NCBI GenBank assembly: GCA_964016885.1
Contig: OZ024745.1
Coordinates: 68,138,001-68,202,000, forward strand
Source of the DNA: Eledone cirrhosa
Lineage: Eukaryota
DNA length: 64,000 nucleotides
Direction: 5' to 3'
Each line of letters starts with the position of its first letter. Within the stretch, counting starts at the first letter, position 1. This document shows positions 14,798 to 28,960 of this stretch, piece after piece. The notes below the pieces were generated by a model, which searched no databases, was not told the origin of the DNA, and saw nothing but the letters and a program-made list of their open reading frames with translations. Both the position numbers and the translations under genes were made by a program.

Positions 14798-15227
14798 TTA
14801 CTAACAAATGGTTACTAACAAATAATGCCACTGCTATTGTTGTTTAGACCCAATTGAGAAAATCTGAGCAAAGGCATTCGACTCATGAGCTTGTCTTTTA
14901 TTAATACAGACAGGATAGCATTACTAAAAGTTTTCCTCTTTTAAAAAGCTAAGGTGCAATCTAAAGGAGATTTGGTTGCAATTTCTAGCGACTGGGAACT
15001 TATGTCATACATCATCTTATTTCATCTGATGAGTACGTACTGTTGAACTTAACTCAGTACCCCTGAAATATGTATAATAAAATATAATTGATCACAAGAA
15101 TATCTATTTTGTTAATATTTTGAATTAATATTAATAACTCTGGAAAACCTTTTTTTGTTGAGTGCTTCCAATATATTGTAAAACTCATTCTTTGATGTAT
15201 TCATTGAACCTCGTTTAACTTTTATAT

Positions 15228-15463
<236 letters not shown>

Positions 15464-15555
15464 GAAAATGTTTAACATTTTCCTATTACCCACTCTCCTA
15501 CCGTAAGTACTCTGGTGCGTTATGGTCCATCTGGTTCTTTACCACACATCCTTCG

Positions 15556-15556
<1 letters not shown>
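15464..15556 (+). mobile_element. Collapsed copy of the 32015 family
   Basis: GAAAATGT..ACATTTTCC mini-hairpin plus the same tail (CTCTGGTGCGTTATGGTCCATCTGG..CCTTCGT) in (TA)n. Confidence 0.8.
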
Positions 15557-15604
<48 letters not shown>

Positions 15605-16284
15605 CATAGAGAGAGAGAGAGAGATATGGATGGATGTGTGTGTATATCCGTTACATACTGCAATGTATACATATGCACACACACACACACACACACATAA
15701 GTTCATATACGTAGACATATTATTTAAAAATCAAACTGTATTTCTATGAGAAATTTTATTTGTAATGACAGCTGAGTGAAATACATTGGCCAGTGAGTTA
15801 CTGGCTTCTTGCTCGATTCATGTCTGTATGTGACCTATATATTGTTAACCTTTATTGAATATACTACTGTTGCTACACACTTCATTTACATTCCATTGTC
15901 CGGACGTCAGATCAGTTCTATTGACTCAATATGCGTGAATATGCACTTATGTCAGAATTAAGTGTCGGAATTATTCTAGCGTTCACTCATTCTCTAAGAA
16001 ATGCATCTAGTTTTACGTAGTCTAACGACTCTAGAAGTACGATGCGAAAGACAAAGAAAAGACCAGTTAATAAATCCACTTGCTTCGATATTTTGATAAA
16101 TTTGCAAATATAAACCAAGTTAACACGCAACCATTATCACGCTCAATGAATTCGTATCAATTTTAGTTTGTTTTTAAATTGTTCTCTAATGTATTCGAGT
16201 AAATTTGCTCACATTTTGCATGCTTGGCCAATATATGCGGAATAGTGTTAATTACCTATCACAACAGTTTACCTTCACCTCAAA

Positions 16285-16530
16285 CTTAGTGGTTAGGGCA
16301 ATGGTATCGCAAACATTTATCGAGGGTTCAATTACCAGACCGATCAACGTGTGTTCTTGAGCAAAAAACATTACATTCTATGTTTCCACAGTTAACACAG
16401 TTAATGAGTATCAATAGCATCTGTGAATTAACACACGATGGACTGGCGTCTTGTCCAGGAGAAGGGGTTCTTGTACTGTCAGTCGCTTAACGTCAATGAA
16501 ACCGGAATAACCCTCTGGGTTTAGGACATG
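16285..16530 (+). mobile_element. Second tRNA-derived SINE family (decayed; related piece at 40480-40710 on -)
   Basis: TAGTGGTTAG A-box, GGTTCAATT B-box, GTGTTCTTGAGCAA and TGGACTGGCGTCTTGTCCAGGG motifs. Confidence 0.55.
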
Positions 16531-19500
16531 CTTTGTTCTGCTTTGTACATTAAATATACCAACAATACAATATTAGTTATGATACCTAGTCACACGAATT
16601 TATAACCAAGCAATAGAATTGCACATTTTCGTGTAGCTCTGAGCGAGTAGAGTTATGATCAATGAAATTGTAGCCATCCCATCTTGTTTCCTTCTTAGCA
16701 GTAGACTTAATCTGTTATGAGATTTCAGACAACCATTTCACTCTTGTGTATCTTTACTGGATTCCAACCTGTTGCAAACATTTGCACCATGTTTCCTGTT
16801 AGAGAATACCTTGCTCCCTTATAACAGCTTCGATAAATAATGTGAATCATAGACTACATTTTGCAAACTGAGTGTTTTTTCTTAAAGACCGTAATGTGAT
16901 TTAAAAGAGATTTGACTGCCATTTCTAGCATGTGAAACGACTCCATAGAGGTTTGTGCATTGAATCAGTTTTTTTAATGTCATTGTTAACATTAAAGGAA
17001 AATTTATTTATGTGCCCACACCTGTTCCGTCAGTAAATCGTAGGAGTTTTAACCAGCTTCAAATTCTAGCTGACGAGGATAATCTTTTTCCCGAATGCTC
17101 TACTTACAAAGTGTCGACTTACTTTGCTTTTAATTTAATAAATTCATTATATACATTTTTATCTCGTTTATACCTAATATAAGGTTTCATTGCTTCTCTT
17201 GCAAGAAATAGTGTATTTTATGGACAGTTAATCTTTCTTTTTAATCCAATTCGTCAAATTCTATGAGTTCTCCGTAAGCTGAATTACATTTTCAATGAAG
17301 GCTTTCTTTAAGAGTGGGAAAATCTAAGAAAACTCTAATATTTATCATTTAACTATTCAAATATTTACTATCATACATTTCAATTTAAAGGATGCCAGGC
17401 GTTTCGAATACTGGTGATATATTAGCTGTTTTATAAAAACAAATGTTTTTCAATATAATTCAACTCGTAAACGAGAGTCAGAAACTAATACATATTCTTC
17501 TAATTTAGTCTTAGCATTGTTCATAATCTTCATGAATAATAGTTGTAGTGGATAGTTGATGAAGTCAAAAATACAACAAACCAGGTGTTAAAATATCCAT
17601 ATTGTGAATTCAAAATAAAAATTGGATTTGATATATTTCAACTTTGAAAAGACCATCGATAATATTGATCAAGGAAGGATATGTTAAAGGCTGGGATTTC
17701 AGCATAGTTGGAAAAATAAAGTTACTACTTGACTACTTCAGAGAGAAAAGCCCGATTGTCGCCGCCAGTGGTGTTTTCTCAAAGGAAACATTAATTATAA
17801 GTGGAGTTTCCAGGATGATTATGCTGGGAGCAATATTGTTTGTAGCTGGTTGAGACGTATTCCCTCAGTTATACAGGCAGACACTCTCACTTGTTATGCT
17901 TACGATACAAACGTAGCTCAGGTAGTCAAGAAAACTGTGTGGAAGCTCGTTTAATGGATTCTCGTTTCGGGAATTACATCAAGGATACACATGTTTGTGG
18001 AATACTGAACCTCTTACGCGCCATTTCAGGAGTCAATGTTCATCATAGAAACCGACGGGGGAACCATCACGTAATGAGACTAAAAGATTTATCAAAGTAA
18101 AGAATTTAAAGATTATTTCAGATTACTTAGTTTATATTTAGAAACATGATCTTTAAATAAGAATAGTTGTATATCATATAGTCAAATGTGGCAAGCGGTT
18201 GGGTCGATAATATCGGTAGATGTTCTAGGTGTTTACAAACTGTTAAGGATGATAAAGTTGAAATTTGGAATTAAATTCAGCATGCTTGGATTTGGTGGGA
18301 AAACAGCAGGAATGATGCCTAAGAAGACTGTAGCTCTAGATAAAATATTTAGATTATGGATTGGTATATAGGACACGGCAGGGATGACAATTGAATAGAG
18401 ATGGTGCTTCTAGTAGGTTTACTCATCAGTGCAGCAGAACTAGTTGGAAACAACTAGCAATGGTTGAATAGATTGTGTGAAGAAACGGTACTACTGTGAG
18501 TTAAATACTGTAAATGTTAAATATCTTAATAAGGGGCGGAAGGTTGACCACATAACCTTTAAAAGGTCAATATTTGCAGGTAAAACGTAAAAAGAAAGAA
18601 AGCCAGGTATCTGATCCAAATGCTTAATTTTTATATTACTCAGTCTTTATTTGCAGTTTATAGTGTTTATATGTAGTAAATGCATGTTAGCTATATTTTA
18701 ATGAGGGGCGAACTTGCACCTGTATTGACTAATTAGTTGTCAAAATCTAAAATATTTTCTTCTTTTGAAGACGAAGCTTGACATTTTTTGACGAAGCTGG
18801 ACATGTTGCAGTTTTGATTAGTTTATAGTTGTTTGGTTCCTATGAGAGATCATTAGAGATTATGAAAGTCTAGCATTTCTAACGAGTTTATGTGTTATCT
18901 ACATAAGGTGGGGATGTAATATAATAACTCTATTATATGTTGTAATTCTGTGTTGGTATTGTTAACCGAAGCTACGATACTATCTCTAACTATAAGTTAA
19001 AGACTATTCTTTATACGCTGTACTACACAAGAGGATTCACGAAGGTCGAGTTAATAAAGCGCCGGTTACAAAGACAGTGAGATAGTATGGATCGTACTGG
19101 TAATGTAACTTAGTATGAACGGTAGATCCTATGTGCTTCATTATATGGCGTGACCTTAAGTAAAAAAAAGGGTAAAGGGACAGAATGTCGATAACTTGCA
19201 ATATGAACACCCGTAATCCTACGATCTCTTTCATTATCATGAAAGCCATGCTTCTTTCTTTGAAATAAAAGCTATAAATTAGATATTGGCATATTATCAC
19301 ACTGTTATAGGAGAGGAAGAATTAGTCGATTCAATTGATTCCTCATTATAATTTTTATATTTATTTTTATGGATGGCAAAGTCAATCGCAGATTTCAATT
19401 TAGAACGTAACTGAATAATATATTTTGACTACATTACTACGGAGCTGCGGTCCACTGCTTTTCCATTGTCTGTCCACGCCTGTCCATTGCATATATACTG

Positions 19501-20634
19501 TATGCCCACTACCTGTCCAATATCTGTTTCACGTACAATTCACACTAATCTGAAGACTACTGCAAATTGCCAGAGTCGTTAGATTGAACGTCGGATTAAA
19601 CACTTCAGTGTTTCAGTGCTCGGGGTTCAAATACAACCGAGGTCAACTTTGTATTTCATTGCTCTAGGGTCGATATATAAAGTACCAGTTCAGCAATGGA
19701 ACGCCAATGGAAACACAATTTACTCGGTCCGATCAGACTGTAAGTTCTTTTATTAATTACTGAAGGATAAATTCGACTTTAAGAGTTATGGCGAAAAACC
19801 AAACTTAAAATATAAAGAAGCCTGTCTTTGCAAAATATAGTTAAGGTAATTTCTTCTGTCTTCAGATGACATAATTTTTTGTTTCGGATTGAGCTCTTTA
19901 TTTATACTTAGTATTGAACGAGTTTTCATTGAGCTGGATTATCATAAAATTTGTTATAACAATTACTGTGGCTTTTTTTATATTAAAGACTATATTGGAC
20001 TAAATCAAGTCGATGCCATAGCATGGCCGCAGCCTAATAACTGAAACCAGTGAAAGTGAGGAAAAAGAATAAAAAGAATAAAAAAATAAACCAAAACAAC
20101 AATAATGAAACAAACCAGAATCTCACTTGATTTCTAACTGATTGCTATCTTCACTAGTGTTATACTAGATCTAATCAGAATGTAATTCACGAGAATCTGA
20201 TAGCTATGCAAATATGAACCAGAAGCAGTTATAAACACAATCAAATAATACAGCTAACATATATCAACACTATATAATTAAGACAATAAGATTAACTAGT
20301 AAGATATTTAATCATGGTTTTACTCCCGTGTTTTATGTTTGTAGTGTATGTCCAATATATGACAGGGAAACGGATGCTAAAATGAAAGACAAATAAGCAG
20401 TGACGTTCTAACATGATACACGATATCGTTATTATGCTGGAGACCAGATCGTGAACGTATGGATCTTCACCATTTACAGTAATGTGTATTCAGTTGTTCG
20501 ATCTACCTGTTCTGAATTTATTTCGATGACGAAACACTTTCTCTGGATCTTTTTACTAGGCTTACGCAGATTTTAGACATTCTTAAACTTGGACTACATT
20601 ATTCGGTTTACACTGGATCCACGATAATGATTAA

Positions 20635-21035
20635 AGGACAACAATTTTGGGGAGTAGATTAAATCGACCTCAGTGTGTTACTGGTACTTTATTTTATAGA
20701 CCCCGTAATGATGAAAGCAAAGTTAGCCATACCTGGATTTGAACTCAGAACGTAAAGGGCCATAACTATATGCCGCAAAGCATCTCGTCCTATGCTCTAC
20801 CGATACTGCCAATCCACCGTCCAATACGATAATTGTTTCTACATTTGGCACAAGGCCAGCAATTTGAAGAGATGGGGAAAGTCGATTAAATCGACTGTAG
20901 TGCATTACTGGTACTTTATTTTATCGACTCAGTAAGGATGAAATGAAAAGTTAACCTCAGCAGGATTTGAACTCAGAATGTAAAGGGCCGTAACGCTACG
21001 CCACAAAGCATTCCGATGCTCTACCGTTACTGCAA
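20635..21035 (-). mobile_element. Two tandem SINE copies
   Basis: Same family, B-box complement GGATTTGAACTC twice. Confidence 0.8.
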
Positions 21036-21045
21036 TTATTAATAA

Positions 21046-21625
21046 CTAGCAGTGGTACCCGGCGTTGCACGGGATAAGGTATTTTGGAACGCGGGCCGCC
21101 AACAGACCTAATCGTGTAAAAACTGAATGCCTGGACAATATGTAAAGAAAATAAATCGAATACACTGAGGGCTGGATAATCTTTAAGATTTTCCTCGATG
21201 AAGCAGTCCAAGGGAAATAACTCTGAATGCGATTTAAACGTCACGCCTCAAAAAAGCCCTAAAAAGCTGAAAAAATGAAGTTTTTCATCCAATGCGGGCC
21301 CTATGCCATAAAAAAGTTGGATTTTCTTTGCTCATGGTATGAAGAAGAGACTGACTAATACATAGTTACAATTTCAAGGAAATCGGTCTAACGTAACGCC
21401 TCAAAAACCCCTAAAAAGCTGAAAACACGCAGTTTTTCACTTAATGCGGGCTCTAGGGGATCAAAAAGTTGGATTTTTTATGTCCATAATACTCCCTGAA
21501 ACATAAGTAATACACATGTAAAGTTTGAAAAATATCGGTTGGGTACTTCTCGAGTTTTAGGGATTCAAACTCACAGACACACACACACACGCACAGACAG
21601 ACATCCTCAGTTTTATATATATAGA
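21046..21625 (-). mobile_element. Non-autonomous Helitron
   Basis: On -: 5' TCTATATATATAAAA, 3' hairpin CCCGTGCAACGCCGGG then CTAG|T. Internal ~153 bp tandem duplication (21243 / 21395). Confidence 0.8.
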
Positions 21626-22524
21626 CTAGCAGAAAACCACCCGGTGGGCGGTTTTCTGCTAGCAAATCTAGTGTATATACTGATATTGTTGATATTTGGA
21701 TGAGAAATATTTTCGGCACCACATGTTCACTGTCTCTCTGTGTGTCTTTTATGCATGTATAAATATATATTGAAATCTTTGAAATAAATATATGTTAAAA
21801 CGAAAAAGGCGAAAATAAATAACTGGCGGTTAGAAAAAAATATTCCTATGAAATTTTAATCATACCATTAGGTGTGAATAAGGAAATATTTTTTTATTGT
21901 CAAAACAAATGTTCAAAAGTTAAACTTCAATTTTTTGAATTATTTCCAATTTTTTCATGAAATTGAACGCTGGACATTGACTGCTGGAAATGGAAATTAA
22001 ATCGTATTTAATTGTATTTAAATTTCTAACCTTATTTTATTATTTATATTTTTTCAATAAGAAATAAAAAAAAACAACAAAAGAAATTGAAGAAAAAAAT
22101 TGAACAAATCAAACGTAGGTTATGGAACTGCGCAATCTGATTAATAAATTACCTCATCAGCAGCAACCTTCTTCAAATGGTCCTTATTATCAGCAGCAAC
22201 AACCACAAATTCAATGGCAACTTTCTTCGCATGGTGTCAAGTCAGAACCGCCTCGAACTGGTTACGTCTGGCTTGTGCAAGGTGTCTCTATAGCAACCAG
22301 TGATTCCCTCGGCCTCAGTGACCAAAGTCAGTGGAGAGGGGAAGGTAATGTTTCTATAGCACGTGTTTTAGCGTCTATTCACTCTCTCTCTCTCTCCCTA
22401 TCTCCCTCCCGCTATCCCCCTCTCGTAGTCTGTCTCTTTCTTTCACTCTCACTCTCTCTCTACGCACGTGTTTCCACTGTCGGACAGACAGACAGAGAAA
22501 TTACTGGTTATATATATAAGTAGA
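21626..22524 (-). mobile_element. Second non-autonomous Helitron, head-to-tail with the first
   Basis: On -: A|TCTACTTATATATATAA 5' end. The 3' end has a GC hairpin and CTAG directly abutting the TC of the next element. Confidence 0.7.
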
Positions 22525-23194
22525 TAACTAATTGATACAGTGGTTGTTGAAAAGTATGGCATAATAATTACTCTAACATATATTTGTTCTTTCATCATAG
22601 TATCATTTGAATTATTAGACCATTAATTATCATAATCATAATTTATACCATTAATTTAATAGTTAAGGTGTATACTATTGTATAGTTTTTTCTGTTTTTT
22701 CCCACTTGCTTATTGGTATTAACTACCTCGAGAAAAACAGTTAATTTCCTAGTTCTAGATAATTTATCATATAACTGTCCATGACTAAACACTATAAATT
22801 AATAAATGTTTAACACCGTGCTTTATTAATTGTCATTCAGTAAGGTAATCTAAGTGGAAATTTAGTTCTTTGTAAAAGGTTCGGTTCAGTAGACAAGAGT
22901 TAATTGCACGAGCCTACAGTTCCCCGTATATCATATGTGTGTACTTGTGTTATATCAGTAACACACTGTAAATATGTCTTTTTTGCCTCATAACTTTAAC
23001 ACTGCTCTTTCCACCAACACAAGTAAATAGCATTCTCGTTCATTTGCCTCATATTGTTACTATTACGCCCTCACTTCAATATTTCTCTCACCCTCTCTTT
23101 CATTTTCATTGCATCGTTATTATTACCCCTTCAAGCAAAGATTTCTCTCTCTTACTCATTTATCCTTCCTCCATCAACACTACATACGTTCAAG

Positions 23195-23640
23195 CATACG
23201 GTAGAGCGTCGGACACCATGCTTTGCAGCATTGAGTGACGGCCTTTTACGTTCTGAGTTCGAATCCCGTCGAGGTTAGTTTTTGCCTTTCATCCTAAGGG
23301 GGTTGATAAAATAAAGCACCAGTAATGCACCGGGGTCGATTTAATCGACTTTCCCTTTCTCTAAATTTGTTGGTCTAGCGTCTAAATCAGAAACCATAAT
23401 TATTATATTGATAATAAACATAATTATTATTGGTGGAGGAATCGCAGAATCGTTTCGAGCGTCAGAAAGAACTCCTTGCAGTATTTTCTTCGTCTTTTTA
23501 CGTTATGAATTCAACCACGTTGAGCTAAACTTTGCCTTTCAACCTTTTAGGGTCGATAAAATATAGTAGTAATCACCTAGTGTGATCGATATGATTGATC
23601 ACTTCCTTCCTCGAAATTTGAAGACTTATGCAGACTTGAC
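23195..23640 (+). mobile_element. Two tandem SINE copies (second decayed)
   Basis: Same family, GAGTTCGAATCC B-box. Confidence 0.75.
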
Positions 23641-23795
23641 AACCTCTAAAAACCAAAACGCAGAGTACCATGAAAAAAACGTGCCCTAAACGGAGAAAAA
23701 TGAGGCAAAATAGAGAGATTTTTACATAATAAAAGCTATACCCAATTTCACAAGAGAAAACTCCCACCCACCCCAAAATGGGTGGGAGATATCCC

Positions 23796-23904
<109 letters not shown>

Positions 23905-24203
23905 CCTTCAATCAGGAAAATTAATATTCACATACTAGTAAGTACTCCACGAACCTTCTACGTTTACATGGATGAAGAAGAATACGTGCAAGTAAGATAG
24001 ACATTGCATCATATAAATTTACAAACGGCAGCATATTATAACAGGTAATATCTTTACTACGTACTAAATAAATATTTAGCAATTCCACGATTTATAGAGG
24101 TGTTTTATCATTGGGCTACACACACACACAGACACAAACACACACACACATATATATATATGTATATATGCATGTATGTATGTATCTATATATATATATA
24201 TAG

Positions 24204-24910
<707 letters not shown>

Positions 24911-24912
24911 TA

Positions 24913-24943
<31 letters not shown>

Positions 24944-24984
24944 TTCGTTTCTGAATTATTGGCAACATGACCCTCCCAAAGCAT

Positions 24985-25073
<89 letters not shown>

Positions 25074-25349
25074 TGCGTGTATTCTATGGATATAAAAACG
25101 TATACACAGAAATAATAACGGACCAGCAAAAGACTTTGGTAGAAAGAAGGGAACAACTAGGATGCATGTAATTTAAACTATTATTAAATGGTTTCTGTTT
25201 TTCATGCAATTAACATCGTAGCAAATATTTGAACATCCCACGTGAAGATAATGGCAGGTATGATAATGACTAACATATATGAAGACAACGATAGATGTAT
25301 GTATATATATATACATAGAAGTGGTTACACAACAGTTAGTTCACCATAC

Positions 25350-25387
25350 CGAGAACAATTGTTTCACCTTAGCGGATCCTCAGCTCG
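25350..25387 (-). ncRNA. Minimal hammerhead ribozyme
   Basis: CGAG-CTGAGGA-TCC(GCTAA)GGT-GAAA-CAATTG-TT-CTCG. Confidence 0.7.
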
Positions 25388-25607
25388 TAATGGACATGGT
25401 TATGCAACAGGAAGGACAACCGTACGAACGCGCATGCGCAGAAACGATCACTTCACACAGGCAATACTAATTTATATATATATATATACATATATATATG
25501 TGTGAATGAAGTAATTCCATCGGAAAAGTCCAGGAAAAAAGAGTGCTCTATGTATGCAACAGAGCTTAATTATTATTATTATGTAATAAACAACATAAGG
25601 CAATTAT

Positions 25608-25665
25608 TCCATTTACCAGTGGTTTCTTAAAAGCAAAAGGTTTTGCTTTCAATCCTCAGAATGAA
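25608..25665 (-). ncRNA. Hammerhead ribozyme
   Basis: TTCATT-CTGAGGA-TTGAAAGCAAAA(CC)TTTTGCTTTTAA-GAAA-CCACTGG-TA-AATGGA, GUA site. Confidence 0.8.
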
Positions 25666-25933
25666 AAAATCCTGGTTTGTTTATTGAATTTGGATTTTAA
25701 AAAACAAAAATGCAATCTATATGAAAGTGAGGCTGGAGAAGGGAGAAGGAAAGGAAAAATAAAATAAAACTACACATGCAAACACACACACAAAAACACA
25801 AAAGCATACTTACACACACATACATATATACATATATATATATGTACGCATACATATATACATATACACATATATATAAAACGTACACTTACGTACACAT
25901 ACACATATATACACAAATACACATACATACATT

Positions 25934-26078
<145 letters not shown>

Positions 26079-26474
26079 ACATACATACACATACACTTGT
26101 GTGTGTACAAGCAAACACATACACAAACATAGCCATACACACACATATACATACATACATTCACACAAACATACATAACGTACATACATACACATACATA
26201 AATGCACTCCTCTACATATTCACACACGCAAATAAATATAAGAAAAAATATATATATATAAAACAATTTTTGACACCGTTACATGAGGCAGCTAACAGGA
26301 CAGACACGCGTGGTAAGTAATACACACAAATGCACGTATACATACGTACGAAATAGTAAACACATACACACACTCTCACACATAAATATACATATACAAA
26401 TACATAAACACATACATACACAAACACGCACACGTATACAATATATACACACACACATGTATATGTAATTATAT

Positions 26475-26507
<33 letters not shown>

Positions 26508-26619
26508 CAAAAATATAAACGCACACACACACATATACGTATACACACACATATACATACATAGCTAAACAATTATACACATGCAAATACGTATATATCA
26601 TAAACACGCACAACCAAAT

Positions 26620-26656
<37 letters not shown>

Positions 26657-26693
26657 CACACACGCACATACATACACACATATATATACATAC

Positions 26694-26746
<53 letters not shown>

Positions 26747-26895
26747 TACACATATACGTACATATACACATATGCATACACATACACACACACATACATG
26801 TGTGTATGTGTAAAACTCAGTCTTAGATAATTCAAATGAACCTTACAAAAACGTATATATAGTAGTAAAGTAATAAAGCAACATAAGGCAATTAT

Positions 26896-26953
26896 TCCAT
26901 TCACCAGTGGTTTCTTAAAAGCAAAAAATGTTTCCTTCAATCTTCAGAATGAA
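26896..26953 (-). ncRNA. Hammerhead ribozyme, paralogue of 25608-25665, GUG at the cleavage site
   Basis: TTCATT-CTGAAGA-TTGAAGG..GCTTTTAA-GAAA-CCACTGG-TG-AATGGA. Confidence 0.65.
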
Positions 26954-27030
26954 AAAAACCTGGTTTATCCACATATACATACATATACACACACAAATAT
27001 ACATATATATACACATACACATACACACAC

Positions 27031-27079
<49 letters not shown>

Positions 27080-27301
27080 CATATATACATACATATATAT
27101 ATATACACACAAATATACATACACATACACATAGGTATGTGAAGGGCAAAACAAAAAGAATATATGGGGGGGGGGGAGGCATAAGAGGAGGTAAAATATA
27201 AGGGGAGGTAAGGGAGAAAAAAATTAGTAAATATACAAGAGTACAGAACGTAGAATCAGCAAAATAAAAACCGTAGCAGAAGTAAAGAGCAGGAAAGGAG
27301 T

Positions 27302-28800
27302 TCAAGGCGGTTGATTTATCATAGGAGTGTCAATCCAGTTACAGATCAGATGCGATTTCAGATGAGGACAGCATCTGAAGATCTCAGTCTTTGAGTTAAG
27401 GCAAGCGGAAGTGGCTCTCAAGTTTAGCAAAATCCTATACTTTTCTGTGGTACACAAAGAACAATTCTTTGTGCCCCTTTGGTACTCCCTCGAATGGTCT
27501 AATATAGACCAATCAATAGAGTACGGGATGTTACTATCCTTGAGATCCCATACCTTACTTGCGAGGGCCGTTGATGTTCGTTTATCGGAGTGCTTAAAAG
27601 AAGCGACATGTGAGTAAAATCTGGTTTTAAACCTGTCCTGGGTCATACCGACACATCGCTCACTCCTGGCTGGCTGGTTGTTGATAACTGGTGTTATCTT
27701 AGCCTCATAAACGACAGATTTGGTGTTACATTTACCCTGCAATGGGCATTCATCCGGCTTCCTGCAACTGCATCCTGGATTTATTCTCGTACGGTTTGAA
27801 CTGGTGATTTTGGACTTCATAGATGGGCAACAAGAGTAGCTGATCTTAACTACATTCCTATTAAATATCTTATAATATCTATGATTAGGAGGAAAATGTT
27901 TGTCTAATAGTTCAAGGAATTTCCTTCCTACATTAGTTTTGACAGTTAGAGAGAAGGGGTGTGTGAACCAAATAATCTTCCTTTTCCTGTTATTATGGTT
28001 AGTTTTAGGGGGGGGGGGGGAGTAGGTAAATAAGAAATTTTTTCTGTAAAACCGCTGTTCTTAAGGGCTTTATTATAATAAGGGGCGGCTTTATTAAAAA
28101 TGTCTATAGACGAAGATAAGGTAGAAATCCTACGGCTAATGTTAGGAATAAGATTATTAAAAACTATAGGGGGATGGCAAGACTCTTTGTGTATATACCT
28201 AAGATTTTCATTAGGTTTATGATAGGGTTTAAAAGAGGCAGTAAGTAGATCAAGATTAATATCAAGAAAGTTAGCATTAGTAAGGTTCGTATCTATAGTA
28301 ATTTTAAGGTTAAGATTAGCAAAAGTATTGATTAAATCTTTGCGGAATTTATCAAGGTTATGGCCGTTGGTGGTATGAGAAACTGCTAATCCGTCATCAC
28401 GGTATAAACCGATATTATGGGACGGAAATTTCTCTTTGAGTGTGTGGAGAAGGAATAATCCTACTAAGTCACACACATCCGCACTGTCATATGAACCCAT
28501 TGCAACATCAAAAGAGTTTTCAGGGTTTGACTTTTTAACCCAAATATTATCATTAGTAAAAAGTAAAGTTTTTCTAGCATGAAAGATAATGTCCTCTTCT
28601 AATTTAGAGATATTAATGAAGGGTCTTGCAAAATCTAAGGCATTAGTTAATAAGGAAACAGTAATAGAAGGGTAAAAATCGACAATATCAAATTGGGTAA
28701 ATCTACACTTATTTTTACCTTGTATATTATTGAACCAAGAAATAACAGAGGAAGTATTTAGCCACTGTGATAGGTCAGTGTTAGTTCTAATTTGGAGAAT
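27302..28800 (-). mobile_element. Penelope-like retroelement (Naiad-type) RT + GIY-YIG ORF, 5'-truncated, one frameshift
   Basis: RT motifs [24 protein letters not shown] and GLYRDDGL, then YHKPN..HPP. The frame shifts at the G13 run (28008-28020) and continues RKIIWF..FLELLDKHFPPNHRYYKIFNRN, CSCRKPDECPLQGKC, VYEA..CVGMT..FKTRFYSH, CSLCTTEK, CPH. The 5' end abuts (TA)n at about 28800, so the YIYI N-terminus of the listed ORF is artefact. Confidence 0.95.
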
Positions 28801-28861
28801 TATTTTATACATATATATATACATATATATATACATATATATATAAATATATATATACATG

Positions 28862-28957
<96 letters not shown>

Positions 28958-28960
<3 letters not shown>

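Larger units (their letters stand above)
11544..15222 (+). mobile_element. Large non-coding fold-back element with hammerheads (outer arms 11544-11674 / 15001-15131, inner arms 12438-13405 / 13653-14612, tail 15132-15222)
   Basis: Reverse-complement identity of both arm pairs, (TA)n at both ends, HHR in the outer arms. Confidence 0.88.

Noticed and set aside
17085-17125. CTGACGA-GGA..TTCCC-GAAT hammerhead-like string
   Set aside because: GAAA is broken and there is no convincing stem III. At best a decayed relic.
17640-18460. Cluster of short ORFs as a decayed gene
   Set aside because: No recognisable motif in the frames I translated, and frequent stops.
27302-28800. Selenocysteine (in-frame TGA) recoding, reported for some Naiad elements
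   Set aside because: The conserved Cys positions are ordinary Cys codons and I see no in-frame TGA in the readable ORF. The break is a homopolymer frameshift.
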